DNA from: Balamuthia mandrillaris
Taxonomy: Eukaryota
Assembly: GCA_031835245.2 (NCBI GenBank)
Contig: JAVKOQ020000039.1
Coordinates: 124,001 to 188,000 of the forward strand
DNA length: 64,000 nucleotides
Direction of reading: 5' to 3'
Part shown: positions 20,405-37,355 of the stretch, one piece after another
Numbering within the stretch: position 1 is the stretch's first letter
Layout of the letters: every line of letters starts with the position of its first letter
The notes under the pieces: generated by a model
The model's database searches: none
Told to the model about the DNA's origin: nothing
Seen by the model: the letters and a program-made list of their open reading frames with translations, nothing else
Position numbers and translations under genes: made by a program

Positions 20405-23400
20405 ATGCAAAGAAGAACGGCAAAGCGGCGGAAAGCTGCCACGGCGGCAGAACAAAAGAATGCCTCCTCGGCGGCGGCATCGTCAGGAAGGCCCGCGAAG
20501 AAGCGGAGGAAGCAAACCTCCTCCACTACTACTACCACCCGAGGTGGCAGCAGAAAGAAAGCCGTTCCGCGCTTTTCCTCTCCCGATGAGCTACGAACGG
20601 AGGAAGACATTAGGAGCTTGGGAGTGTGCGAAGGGATGGAGGACGACCTCCCCTACCGAGAGCTGGACCGTTTCCGCCTGCTGGAGGGCAGCGGCAAGCT
20701 CAGCCCCGGGCTGGAGCGCATGGAGCAGCCTGGGAGGACGCTCTACGCGGAGGGCTGGGCGTCCTCCCCGTTCAGCGAGGACCCTCCGGTTCGCGTGCGT
20801 TTGGGCCGTCTGCTGGAGTGGCACCTGGAATATGGCGGGGAGCCGGGCTCCTGCCCTTTGGTCTGGGTCAAAACGGTGCACGCTAATTACTGCCTGAAGA
20901 GCCCTGACCAGGAGTATGCCGCCCTGTTTCACGAGTCGGTGGTGAAGAAGGCGGCGTTGACGGCCAGGGTCTTGGCCGTGCTTGAGGAAGGGCTTGAGCT
21001 CAGCTATGAGGACGTTCTGGAGAGAGTTTTGCAGCACAGTGTACCATCGCCACCTTCTGCGACCATGACAACCCAAAACGGACACGAAGAAAAGGAAAAA
21101 GAAGAAGAGGAAGAAAAGGAGAAAGCATCACCTTTGGCTAAAGGCAAAGAAAAGGACTGTGATACTACTGCTGGAATGGAAGTTGTTTCAGAGGCACAGC
21201 AGAACAAGAACCAGAAGAAAGTGGAGGAAGTACAGAACGAGATGGCGGAAGGGAGCCAATGGTCAGTAAGTGATGTGGTGAGCAATGCTACATTCATCGA
21301 GGCACAGATAAGGGGCTTTGGGGATGACCTGCTGACCACTTGCCCGTTTATGGTGACTCTGAGAGAGGTCATCATGGCCAACAAGACGAGAAAGCAAGAA
21401 AAGAAAAGTAAACAACTAGAAGAACTACAGCAACAACGAATGGCAACCTCTGTTGAAGCCAAATCGGCTTCTTCCTCCTCCTCGTCTACCTCTTCCTCTT
21501 CTTCCTCTATCTCAGCTTCCACTTCTTCTTTCAACACAGAAGCGGGGCCATCGTCAGCTACCAAAGATGCCTCTCCACAAAGTTCAGACTTGGACGACTT
21601 TGCCCTGGATCCCAGCAAAACAAATAAACGCCGCCGTTCCAAGACCCATTATATCCCAAAGCATAAAACTGTGCCTGAACAAGAAGTCGAACTCATCAAC
21701 GAGAACACGGATGACATGACCAACGGCGGTGACGATGAGGATACCATTCCCACTCGTCTCTTAGAGGATTTTACGGTCTACGATCTGAACGACAAAAGGA
21801 TGGTGCTGATGGATGAGATATGGTCATCCACGCACTCTGACCTGGAGATGTGTGCCTCAGGCTTCGTCACTCCCATACTCAGCGATGAACAGATATTGGA
21901 GCAACAGCAGTTGGATGACGAAGAAGGTGACATCAGCGAGGACATCAGTGAGGAGGACGAAGACGAAGAGGATGAAGCAAAAGAAGACGATAAAGATGAA
22001 GAAATCAAAAAAGAAGAGAGCGATACTGAAGATTTCGTGGTGGAAGACAAGAACAAGAAAGGAGAAGAAAGACACAAGAGGAGAAAGAAGAACAAGAAGA
22101 GACAACGCAATCCAGAGTCCGGTCTGTGGGTCTCTCTGACCACTGTCTTCACATGGGATGTCCAAATCTCGGATGGCTCCATCTGGCTGCGCACCCAATT
22201 CGCATGGTACAAACTAGGCCGCCCCTCTAAAGCTTATTCTCCTCTCTACGAGCCGTTGGTCTATCGCTATCAACTCAGCGCCAGAGTAGGGGCTCTCTTG
22301 CAGAGCAACTTTGCTGCCTCCTACCAATTCATCGTGGAGCAGGTAAGAGAGCCTTACCTCGACTTTCCTGGATTCAGCGAGGAGGACATCCAACATGAGG
22401 CTACGCATATTCTGGAAGAGGTTCGACAGTTGATGCCCGACATTGATCCCTCTCGTCAACCTTTTCTTCAACGTTTGCAGAAGCTTCTTTCTTCTTCAGC
22501 GAACAAAAACAAGTGGAATAAAAGTCATGATACAAGCGTTGTAAGTGGAAGACAAGCAGGCAGACAACGGGCGCAGAACATTCCCACGCGAGGAAGTGCA
22601 AAACGGCTAGAACGAACTCCAGCTACCGTCACACCTTTGATAAAAGAGCTCTCCGTCGGTCTTTTCAACACCATTGTTGAGGTTAAAACCAGCGGGAGCG
22701 ACAACAATCAGTATGTGGGCGGCAAGCTCGGCAAAGAGAAAGAGGATTCAACAGCTCTTCATAGGGATGGAGCCACTGTGAAGCAAAAAGAAGGAAGAGC
22801 AAAATGGAAGGAAGTCACAAGAACGGTCAAATGGACAAAACTTCAACACAAAGGCGATCACACGAACGAGAAAGAGAAGGAGAAAGAAGGAGGTACGAAA
22901 GAGAGTATTAGCATGCGCGTGGAAGAAGAGGACGATGCGTTTTTGGCGCCTTGCAGCCGGTCTGCTTCCAAAAAACGGATATACTATGATGAGGCTTCTG
23001 TGGATGGTGAGATCATTCGTCCTGGTGATGTTGTTTATCTTCGTGCTGATTCTGCTGGCTCCGAGTCTTGGATTGGTCGGGTTATCGCCATGTGGTGTGT
23101 ATTCTTTTCTTTGTCTTGCTCTTTTGCCGTTCCTCTTTTGTCTAAGCGACAAATGCAGGGAAAACAAGCCCACTCGTAGCAAGCTCTTTCACTGCCGTTA
23201 CTTCCGGCGTGGCCACGAGACCATTCTCGGGGAGACTTCAGGCCCTCATGAGCTCTTCCTCACGGATGAGTGTGTGGTCAACCCAATGAGCAGCATCATG
23301 GGCAAATGTAGCGTCACTTTTGTGCCTCCCAACTTCATCACGGATGGGCGCTGGTCCGACGCTAAGCGACGTCAACTCACAAATGAGAACAAGAAAGTGA

Positions 23401-26400
23401 ACGAGAACGACTCCTTCTTTTATCGTTTCTGGTACGATCAGAAGACGGCTTGTTTTGAGGACGTTTCGAAACATGATGTCAGCGCAGCGATGATGGCTAC
23501 CGAACTCCCTCCAAACTATTGTCACGCATGCCATGAGAAGAGCAGAAAGAAGAGTGAACAAATACCTCGCCCTTTTCTTTTTGCCAAGAGAAAGCGACAA
23601 CAACAACCACAGGAGAAAGATAAAGCAAGGATCTATTACGACGGTTTTGCTCAGAATGGACAGAGTTACTCTGTCAATGACTTTGTTTATGTGTTGCCTC
23701 CTGACAAATACATTGTTCGTGGACGCAACTCACCTTGTGTTGCCTCGTACGTGTTTTTTTTGTTCTTGTTCTTGTCCTGCTTCAGAACTAACCTCTTTTT
23801 TCACATTCTATTACTAAAATGACTTTGGCTTTTGCAGGAAATGGTATTCCTGTCCCTACGAGATACACCAAATCGATAAGATATGGCGAAACCAGAGAAG
23901 CAGCCGCTCTGGTGGTGTTCCTGTGGTCTATGTATCGCTGCGGCGACTCTATCGCCTCACCGAACTCAACGAATACTTCAGTGGTCAAAAAGAAGACAAT
24001 GGCAATGGTAATGGTTCTCTCTCTCTCTCTCTCTCCTTCTCATGTCTAACATAGTACAAATAGGACCACAATGGAAGCCAAAAGGAGACCCAAGGGAATT
24101 GCTGTGGTCAAATCACCTGACAACTAGAATGCTCAGCGCCACGTCGCCCTTCATTGAGGGCATCTGCGTCGTGCGCAAGCTCTCCGACATCCAGGAAGAT
24201 CTCAACAATTACATCTTTAAGAGCCCACATACATACTACATGAAGCGAACCTATATTGGAAAACCTTTGTCATCAGATAGTAACAACTTAACAACAAACA
24301 AAAAAGATGGTAAGAAGAATAAGCTGGACGAACTTTTAAGAGCGTTACCTTCTTCTTCAGAGGAGGAAAATGCTATTCGGTACTCGGAGAACAGCAAGCA
24401 CTTGGAGACTGCTTGTGGAAGACCCTGCGATGTGCAAGACATGCTTCATGCCTTCAACGTCGATCCTTCGGAAGCATCACACTTACCGCTTGATCGAATC
24501 GTGAAAGAAGTGGAAAGTTGGACCTCTATGGATGAAGATAGGAGACACCAAAAGAAGAACAAGAAGGAAGGGCCAACCTCTGGGTTGGATAGGATTAAAG
24601 CAAGGATAGAGCCGCTTCGTGCGTTGGATTTGTTTTCAGGATGTGGAGGTTTTACGCAAGGCCTTGAAACCAGCGGCGTTGTCAAGACCTGTTATGCTGT
24701 AGAGTTTATGGACAGTGCTGCGGAAACGTTGCGCCGAAACCATCCGTATGTTTACATTCTTTCATTCTTGTTTTTTGTTTGTCTCCACTTTTCTTTCTCA
24801 CGTTATCTCACCGTTTTGTTTGTATAACAGTGATGTAACAGTGTTAACCGGAGATTGTAACACTCTGTTGCGAGAACGTATCGAAATGGACGATGACGAA
24901 GCCCAAACGACGAAGACGGTGTGCCTTCCACCAAAAGGTGAACTGGATTTCATCTACTGCGGACCACCCTGTCAAGGCTTCAGCGGCATCAACAGGTTCA
25001 AGAAAGCGGATGATGTGTTGAACTCTCTCATTGCCGCTACTCTCAGCTATGTCGACTATTATCGACCACGATACTTTCTTCTTGAGAACGTGCGGGGCAT
25101 GATTTCTTTCAAGCTAGGTTTGTGTCTTCATTCTTCATTCTTCCCTTCCTTCCGTCAATGCCTTTGCTTCCTTTAGCGAAAAGCACAAGATTCTTGTCTA
25201 TTGTGTTCTTTAGCATGCACGGATAGAGCATTTACAGCATATAGCAATCAGAATGGACTTTTACCGAGGCCCATCCGGATAATTAATGCTGTCACATTCT
25301 TCTTCTTCTTCTTCTTTTTCCTTCTTCTTCTTCGTTTTGTCTGTTCGCTAAAACAAAAGGGGAATAGGAGGACAACAGGATAGGCATAGAGTGATAGGCG
25401 GAGTAAAGATGGGCGTCGTCAAGCTGATAGCACGTGTACTCACCGCAATGGACTATCAGGTCCGCTTCACCGTTCTCCAAGCCGGCATGTTTGGCGTCCC
25501 TCAAAGCCGTCGCCGATTCTTTGTTTGGGGTACTTTTTTTTTCCCTTGTTCTTTCTTTCGCTCTGTCTCATCTTCGCATCGTCCGTCCTTGGTCTTCATT
25601 GCAGGCGTTAAACGAACAGACAGATTGCCAACATTCCCTCAACCAACGCATTGCTTTCCAAGCACCGGCTCCCTTACCATCAGTATTCCCACCGATGACA
25701 GCACGGAAGGAGGCAAAGAGATCCGCTACACCTCCATCACCGCACAGGCCGCTCCTCATCCTACCGTCACGGTAGGCGATGCCATTGGAGACCTCCCTGC
25801 CTTTGAGTATGAGGATACGTGGTCTACTCTGTCTGCGGAGGAGCTGGCACAGACGAAGAGAGGCACGGAGCAGCACTGTGTCGGCAGCGAGAGCATAAAG
25901 TACTTGTCCCCTCCTCTCTCTGAGTATCAGAAGAGGTTGCGGCAGTCTTGTCTCTCCGGCGAAGATAAAGGCCAAAGCAAAGACATTGGTTTGTTCTTTC
26001 TCCTCTCTCCTCTCTCCTCTCGTTTTCTTCTTTCCCTGCTGATGACAACGACAACAAAAAAGGTGGAATACTTCGCAACCACATGACAAGATCCTTTAAC
26101 AGCCTAAACGTGGCGCGCATTTGCAACATACCCAAACGCCCCGGTGCGGACCACCGCGACCTGCCCGAGCCTCTGCGCCCTTGGTGCCTCAGCCATCCCG
26201 ACTCTGCTGCCTCCCGCCACCACAACTGGGCAGGCCTCTATGGTCGCCTGGACTGGGAGGGCACGTTCAAGACGGCCTTGACGGACATCTCTCCGATGGG
26301 CAAGCAAGGCACCGTCCTTCATCCCAACCAGAACCGAGTTATCACGTTGAGAGAGTGCGCCAGGGCGCAAGGCTTTCCCGATACGTTTGTCTTCTTCTCG

Positions 26401-26751
26401 CGAAGGGGCGATATCAAGGAGATGCATCGACAGGTAGGCAATGCGGTGCCACCGCCGTTGGGAGCGGCGTTGGCAGAGAGGCTTGCTGTTGCAGTTTGTG
26501 GAGGGTTTTATTGCAAGCTCGTACAGAGCCGTCCGGTTAGGAGAGGAGCGAAGAAGGAGAAAGAAGAGGAAGAAGTAGAAGAGGAAGAAGAGGAAGAAGA
26601 ATGGAGAGGCTCGCAAGTGGGAAGAAAGGAGCAGGAAATGGAAGAGATGGTGGAAGCAATGGAAATGGGTGATTATCTCTATTCGCAGCCGTTCAACAAG
26701 GAAGAAGAGGAAGAGGAAGAGGAAGAGGGAGAGGAAGATCCACAGACATGA
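20405..26751 (+). CDS. DNMT1: DNA (cytosine-5)-methyltransferase, DNMT1/MET1 type, multi-exon
   Basis: Two RFTS-like repeats (VWVKTVHANYCLKSP; IWLRTQFAWYKLGRPSKAY), BAH domains (IRPGDVVYL...RGHETILGETSGPHELFLTDEC; YSVNDFVYV), catalytic motifs LDLFSGCGG, GPPCQGFS, ENV, PQSRRR, RECARAQGFPD, RQVGNAVPP. Confidence 0.93.
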
Positions 26752-26869
26752 AAAGAAAGAGGGGAAAAAAGCAAAAACAGTAGGCAGAAACTGGCAACCC
26801 ATTCCTCTATGAGTTTACGAATGAAAGCCTGAAAGGAGGAGACATCAAAATCTGTTCTTCATCACTTTG

Positions 26870-27498
26870 TTATTCGTTCATTCTTTGCTCCTCTCTTTTT
26901 TTCTTCCTTCTACTCGTAACATCACCACTACCATCCTTGTGCAGCGTACCCTTTTCTTCTTTTTCCTCTGCTTCGGCGCCGCTGATAGCGTCATTGCTGG
27001 AGGAAGGAGAGGAAGAAGAGACGGTCTTATCTCCGCCCGTCACTTCGAACCTCTTCCTCTTCTTTGACGATAAATTAGCCACTTTAGTCTCGTAACGATC
27101 TGCTCATCCAACGAATACAGCGTCAGCAATAAGAAGAGAGAGAGAGAGAGAGAGAGAGAACCTTCTTTCCAGCGTTGCATTAAAGGGACGTATTTCGATT
27201 CAGGTACAGCTACCAGCCTTCGCAGTTCTTTCCATTGAAGCCGTTCTACTGCGCTTTCTTCCGTTGATGTTGTGGCATCTGCGGAAGAGGAAGATGAGAT
27301 CGGTAGATAAGCTTGCTTGTAATGTTCGCTGCGATAAACCATGCAATGGTCCAGGCTATGGAGCATGCATCGCACAACAGCCGTTTTCAGAGACAGGTTT
27401 TGCCATCGATTGTATAATGCTTGTTCCAAGTGACGATGAGCACCTTTTTTTTTGTTTGTTTGAAAGTTGGGATGAGTGAATGCCAGAAAGAGAAAGAG

Positions 27499-27534
<36 letters not shown>

Positions 27535-29279
27535 TAGAAACCAGCTTCGTAAATAAAATCGATGCCTTCAAACTCGGCATCATAAAGCACGAGGGGAACC
27601 TCAGAAGCCATTTGATAAGTTGGTTTTTGGTTGTTTTCTACATCCAATAACTCATCTATCACCTATCCCGTAACGTTATGAAAAATAGAATAAGAGAAAT
27701 GAAAGAGGAAAGAAAACAACAATAAAGAGAGCAAGAGAAAGAGAGAACCGAAGGAGACTCTAGCCCTTGGCCAACAAGAAACAGAACAGCAGCCATGTCT
27801 CTTACTTGATGCCACAGAAACGCATATCCACATATTGTCATTTGATACATCGAACTCTGAGCAGAGAAGAAAGAAGAGGTCGACGAAGAAGAAGATGCAG
27901 CATCATCTCTTTCATCGAATGGATCAATCTCGAAGGAAAGAAGGGTCCGCTCATAGTTGTGAACGTTCAACACGTCCATCCGACAGAAGTTGCGAAAGTC
28001 GTGACAACCGACTAACTTTTGTGCAGCCTCTCGCATGGCCTCTATGTTCAGGTTCTCTTTGAGGAAGAAGTACTTATAGGTTCTGGATCGAGTGCTGAAC
28101 CTCGAACTAAAGTCTTTGTGAACTGGAGCCCATCCCAAGACGCGAATGTCCGGTGGAAGCAGGTTGTTGAGAGTGCGAGTGTAATTTAGCTCTTCGTCTT
28201 TCTTTCCACCGCTCAGCATCAGTGGAGTGTCTTTGTAAATTATCCCATCGTCTTCTTCGCTTTCTTCTTTCTCAGGTTTTTCTTTGTCCTTGTGTTCTTG
28301 GTCGTCTTTCTCCTCTTCTTCCATTTCCTCTTTTTCTTTGTCTTTCGTTTGGCTCCTCTTTCTTGTTTCGTTGCTAGTTGTTGCTGGTCGTAAGTTGGAT
28401 CGAACTAACAAAGAAATGACCTGTGGTTGATACAGTAGCATGTTAGAAGAAGAACAGACAATTACACAACAGACAATTACAAGAAGAGGTACGATACATT
28501 TCCCAAAGCGCTTACTCCTTTGTCGGTACGACCACAACGCTGAAAGCGAGCGCTCTCTCGGCTAGTAATAAGTCGAGCCTTTGTTAGTGCCTCCAACAAG
28601 TGGCGCTATTTTATTTCGTTTTTGCATTTAGACAACAGATAAAGAGAGAGGCAAAGAGAAGTAGAGGACAACGAACAGAGCTAAATGGAGAGAGAGAAGA
28701 AGAAGAAGAAGAAGAAGAAGAAGAAGAAGAAGAAGAAGAAGAAGAAGAAGAAGATGAAGAAGAAAAAGAAGAAGAAGAAGAGAAAGAACCTCAATGCTGT
28801 TGTCCTGAGCGTCCTGCATGGCGAGGCCTTGATAGCCCCACCCCAGATAGGCCAGCTTGATAGCGACATAGCGTTGGCTGTAGTTGCTCATCGTGAACTC
28901 TCTCTGTTGTTTATTTTTTGCCTAACGTTAGCTGTTCCGTTGCTAATTCTTTTCAAAGAGAGAAGAAAGAAACCTTTTTCTTCTTCCTTTTGCCTCCGGA
29001 AGCCTCTTGTTTCACCACCGAGGAGGATGGTTTGTTTGCACTTGGTTGGTGGGCATGCTCTGCTTGCAACCGTTTCACTTGTCCCTGAAGCTGGCGCACC
29101 TTTTGCAGCAACTCTTCTTTGCTCAATTCTTCCAACGAGGTTTCTCCTTTAAGAATTTTCATTAACAAAAGAGGGAAAGAGCAAAAGAAGAGAGATGGAG
29201 AGGGAGAGGAGGAAGGGAAAGGTTTTCTACCTTCTTCATCTTGTTGTTGTTGCTGCGGCGAGTGCGACGATGCTTCCAT
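26870..29279 (-). CDS. PUS3: tRNA pseudouridine(38/39) synthase, TruA family (Pus3/Deg1-like), multi-exon
   Basis: [75 protein letters not shown]. Confidence 0.9.
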
Positions 29280-29471
29280 TCTCTTTCTTTTTTGTTCTTT
29301 TTGTTCGGAATGCAAGGTATGCAATCTATGAGTGGAATTTTAGGTATGTAATTAATGCTTGGAATGTATCATTCTATGAATTTCTCACATACTCTAGCTT
29401 TTGATTTTTCATTGGGTGATCACTGGTTGATCTGTATCATCAAAGAAAAAGAAAAGAAGAGGAGGAGAAGA

Positions 29472-33194
<3,723 letters not shown>

Positions 33195-33486
33195 GCTATT
33201 CTTTGAAGAAATGGACTTCGTTTTGTTTTTTTTAATTATTATTTTTAAAATAATGTAAAAGAAAAAGAAAAAATTAACAAAAAAAATAATAATAAAACTT
33301 GTCGACAAATGTTTTGTGCACAAGCTTTGCATCTCTTGATAACCAAAGCTGACGTCTGCTTGGAAGTTTCGTATACCTACGAGGTTGAGCGGGCAAGCCC
33401 GCTAGATAAACAATTCAAAAAAAAACAAAACTAGCTTGAAGTGGTGTCGAACCGGGAACATAAGGAGGAAGAGACGAAAGCAGTAG

Positions 33487-33614
33487 AAGAGTGTCTTCCA
33501 CGCTCAATGCCTGCACCATTAGTTCAGAGACAAATAGGAAATACATGAGGAGGTAGAGCCTCTCTCTCTCTCTCTGAACTAATAGTGCAAACATTGAGCA
33601 TGGAAGACACTCTT
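33487..33614 (-). ncRNA. Candidate hairpin RNA (pre-miRNA-like): 44-bp stem, 40-nt loop
   Basis: Arms 33487-33530 and 33571-33614 are reverse complements except at 4 positions, each a G-U wobble when read from the minus strand. Confidence 0.5.
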
Positions 33615-33967
33615 AACAACCATTTTCCAGGTCATCTTCAGGTAAAGGAGTGCAGGGCTGGCCAACAGCGTGGGCCAATGCGATGCAAGCAAGGGATCAC
33701 ACTGGCCCCTCTAGGCTTTACTTACAAAACACTCGGACAGTACCACCTTTAAGAAACTTGCTGGTATATCTTTTTGTTTGCTTCCCTTCTTGTTCTGATT
33801 GCTGCTTCACCTTCTCCTTCTTGAGCTCCATTAGCTCTTAGCACGTCGTCTTGTGGTTAGCTCGGCCATTTGGTTTGTTCTTACTCTTCTTCCTTGCCTC
33901 TCTTATTCTCTCTCTCTCTCTCTCGCCTTGGTGAAAAACAAAAGAGCAGATATTACACAGCGAAGAT

Positions 33968-35216
33968 TTAATGTACAGAAGAGAAGGCGGAAGAAGTTGG
34001 AGAAAAGGGAGAGGCAGCAGCAGGAGAAAGATGCGACGAAGGAATAAAGTTGGTGAAGGTAGAAGCTGGAGTAAAGGAGAAGGAGGGAGAAGAAGAACAG
34101 GGTGGTGGGTTGGAAAAGGAGAAGAATGACGAACCAGGAGGCTGTGAGAACGGAGTTGTTTCTCTGATCGTTGGAGCTGTACATAAAGGAGAAGTTGATG
34201 AAGAAGTAGATGGAAATGACGTAGAAGCAAAAGTGGGGGAGAAGGGTTGTGAGAAGGAAGATGGGGACGAGAATGGGCCAGGCTGAAATGGGCTTGGCGC
34301 ACCAAAAACAGGTTGTGAACATGAAGCAAACCGCTCTTGTTCTTCTTCCTCTTCTTCCTCCTCCTCCTCCTCCTCCTCTACGGCGTTTCTATGCACACGT
34401 CCCCCGCTATACATACCGTCCCCTTCTTCCTCCTCTTCTTCTTCGAGTTCTTCTGCCTTTGCAGAATACATCCACTCTTTTTCTTTTCCCTTATCCTTGC
34501 TTTCCATCGCTATCACTCTACACCGGTCCGCATCACATCCGTCTTCCTCTTCCTCTTCTTCATTCTCTTCTTCATCTACCAGCTCTACAATAGGAGAAAG
34601 CTTGGCGCCACCAACAGGTTGAATCCAGTCTAAGCCTCCATCAGACTTCAACTCATCGTCAGTGTTTTCATCATCAGTATCGTAGTCTTCATCATCCTCG
34701 GAGATGCCATCCAAGTCATAATAATCAACGTCTCTTCGGCGGTGTGCCTTCCATAGCAGCTTCATGCGCTCTTTTCGAGATAGACTTGCGAATGGGTCTT
34801 CTGTCACTCTAGTGGAAGAAGGAAGCATGATTATGGCTTTTGACAAGCTGAACCACGAGAATGGGTTAGAGGAAGGAGAAACGAGGAAGAAGAGGGAGAG
34901 GGCGAAAGAGGAAAGGAGAAAAGATGTACTCTTCGGGTTTGCAGCCAAAAGGATTAGAGAACTTGGAGGAGTGAAGCGCTTGAAGAAGTTCTGCTGGCGC
35001 TGGAGAAGCCGATAGAAGCCCAGGTTGAAGCAACAAAAGGCTTGAGTTGGGCCGATACAAGGTCAACGCTCTGCACGAATTGTTCGCTGACGTTGCTGCA
35101 CCGGGACACGACATATCTTCTGCCTCCGACAGCCTAATTTTTGCGTTTTCAACTTCAGCATACCGACAAGCGACCAGAGAGAGAACGAAAGACGAGAAAG
35201 AGATAAGGGACGAGGG

Positions 35217-35257
<41 letters not shown>

Positions 35258-35723
35258 GATTAGATATAACTAGCCTGTTGCCAGAAGAAGTCGAGTTATC
35301 AAGAGCAAGAGACTGTTGGAGCTGTCGGTTGAGGTGGTCAATGTCAGCCACTATGTGGCGATGCTGCAAGGACCGACGAGGCTGCTTCAGGGGTTTCGGC
35401 AAGTCCTTGGAGAAGGGATCGCTGCACACACGCGACGGCGGTTGTTGCGATCGATGCTCAGGAACGAGGCAGCTCTTGCGTTTGAAGGCTCTTCTCTCGC
35501 ACAACGAAGCGCCAGCCTCGGACTTGACGCGTTTCATGGAGCCAACCAGGTCAAGCCCCTCCTTGGGACCCTCCTCCTCCCCCAGCGAGAGGGCAGAGGC
35601 GAACTCCTCGGACATCCTCTCCGCCACGTAGCGGCTGTTGCGGAAGAGGTTTTCCTCCGCTTTGTCTTGGAGGGGCGTCTCCAGTCCTCGAAGCTTGCGT
35701 TTGAGGAACGTGGCCATGGCCAT
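33968..35723 (-). CDS. Hypothetical low-complexity/acidic protein, multi-exon
   Basis: Consecutive long minus-strand ORFs (MAMATFLKRKLRGLE...; acidic D/E tracts; F/S/P-rich tail) interrupted by pyrimidine-rich introns; no family recognised. Confidence 0.55.
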
Positions 35724-36144
35724 GGTGGTTGATTGGTGATGGTGGTGGTAGAGATAGTGGCAGTGGCAGTTGGTGATGGTGTTTGTTGGGACCTGATCCC
35801 TTCTTCCTCTTCTGCTTCTTCCTGTCAACTCTGCTCCACCACTACTCTTTTTTTTTTTTTTTTGCTTCCCGCTCGAATTCCTTTATTTCCGTGTTTCCGT
35901 TTTGTCGAAGAAATTCTAATTAAATTTCATTCGTGGTTTGACTCCTCTGGCAGATAGGACTGTTGAAATTTCGTGTGAAACGCGTCCCCATTCGCACGGA
36001 GTTTACGGGTAAAAAAAAGGTGGGACGAAGCTCGTATCTTCATCGTCTCTCTCTTTTCTCTCCACTCAATCCCCTTATTAGCAGCCAGTCCTGAAGCAGC
36101 GGCAGACTTGCATTCTCCCTTCGAGTCGTAAATCCTAGAACACA

Positions 36145-36631
36145 ATGGTAAGTTATCGATTTTGTTTGCCTTCCTTCTGCCCTCGTGAGGCAGCGGTTTC
36201 TTCTTGATCTTCCGTCCTACTTTCCAGCATCAAGATAGATTGATTGTAACTTGATGATCTGATGATGGTCTCCTCCTTCTCCTTGTAGGCCAAGAGAACC
36301 AGAAAGGTCGGCGTAACTGGCAAGTACGGTACCCGTTATGGTGCCAGCTTGAGGAAACAGATCAAGAAGATCGAAATTACTCAGCACGCCAAGTACACAT
36401 GCCAATTCTGCGGCAAGGTTTGCGCCTTCGAAACTTTTAATCCTGTTTTGCCTTGTTTCCTCATGTTTTCGCGAAAAATAGGACACCGTAAAGAGACAAG
36501 CTGTGGGCATCTGGCACTGTGGTGGTTGTGGTAAGACCACTGCTGGCGGTGCCTGGGTTCCTAACACTGCTGCTGCCTCTACCGTAAGATCCACCGTCCG
36601 TCGTCTTCGCGAGATGCACAAGGGAGAATAA
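36145..36631 (+). CDS. RPL37A: 60S ribosomal protein L37a (eL43), 3 exons
   Basis: ATG|intron|[68 protein letters not shown]. Confidence 0.97.
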
Positions 36632-37355
36632 ACGGCCGTTCCTTTGCAAAAAACAAACCGAAGGGAGAATACAGTGTGTTTACTTCAACCTGCACCATTT
36701 TCATCTTTGCTCTCTCTTCTTCTCTTTCTCTCTTCTCCACTCGGCTCCAACTCTTTCCATCCTGATCTTTCGTTGATTCACTTCACGTCCATACTCATCC
36801 GCCGCAACGTCACCCTCAAGTAGTCTCTATCGTCACTCTCTTTATCCTTCCATCTCTTTTCCCTTTATCTTTCTATTCTCTTCGCTCTTGCATTTCTTCC
36901 TCTCATGCCTTTGTAATGGAGAGGAGCCATGGCGATACTTTGCAGCTTTTTGTTTGTAAAATTCCGTCGGGCTGTGCACCGATGGTCCTCCTGCGCGTCG
37001 ATGCTGTTCCTTGGACCGTGATGGATTTTCCCTAGTTCTTGTTTGCAAAGGCTTTGCTGCACCACGCCACATGTGTATGCCCTCGTACGTAGCCAGTCCC
37101 AACTGCCTCTTTTCCTACCCAGTCCGCCCATGACATGGCAAGCACAAGCGGATTATTTGAAAAAAAAATTTTTTGTTGTTTTTGCTGTCGCCAAAAAAAC
37201 AAAAATTGCCTTTTTTTGAAGCACAGCTGACGAAAAAGACAAAGCCGCTTCTTTGCTTGCTCTTGTTCTCCTCTCCTCAGCGGCCGCTACCCAAGGTAAC
37301 ACTCTCTACCGGTGCTACAAAAAAATAATCAGTTCGGAAAGCGTTGAAGAAGAGG

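Noticed and set aside
36148..36288. C/D box snoRNA in RPL37A intron 1
   Set aside because: TGATGA and CTGA occur but abut each other with no guide-length spacing or terminal stem.
36842..37131. Short minus-strand ORFs between RPL37A and the next gene
   Set aside because: Under 90 aa in competing frames, no motif and no clear splice structure.
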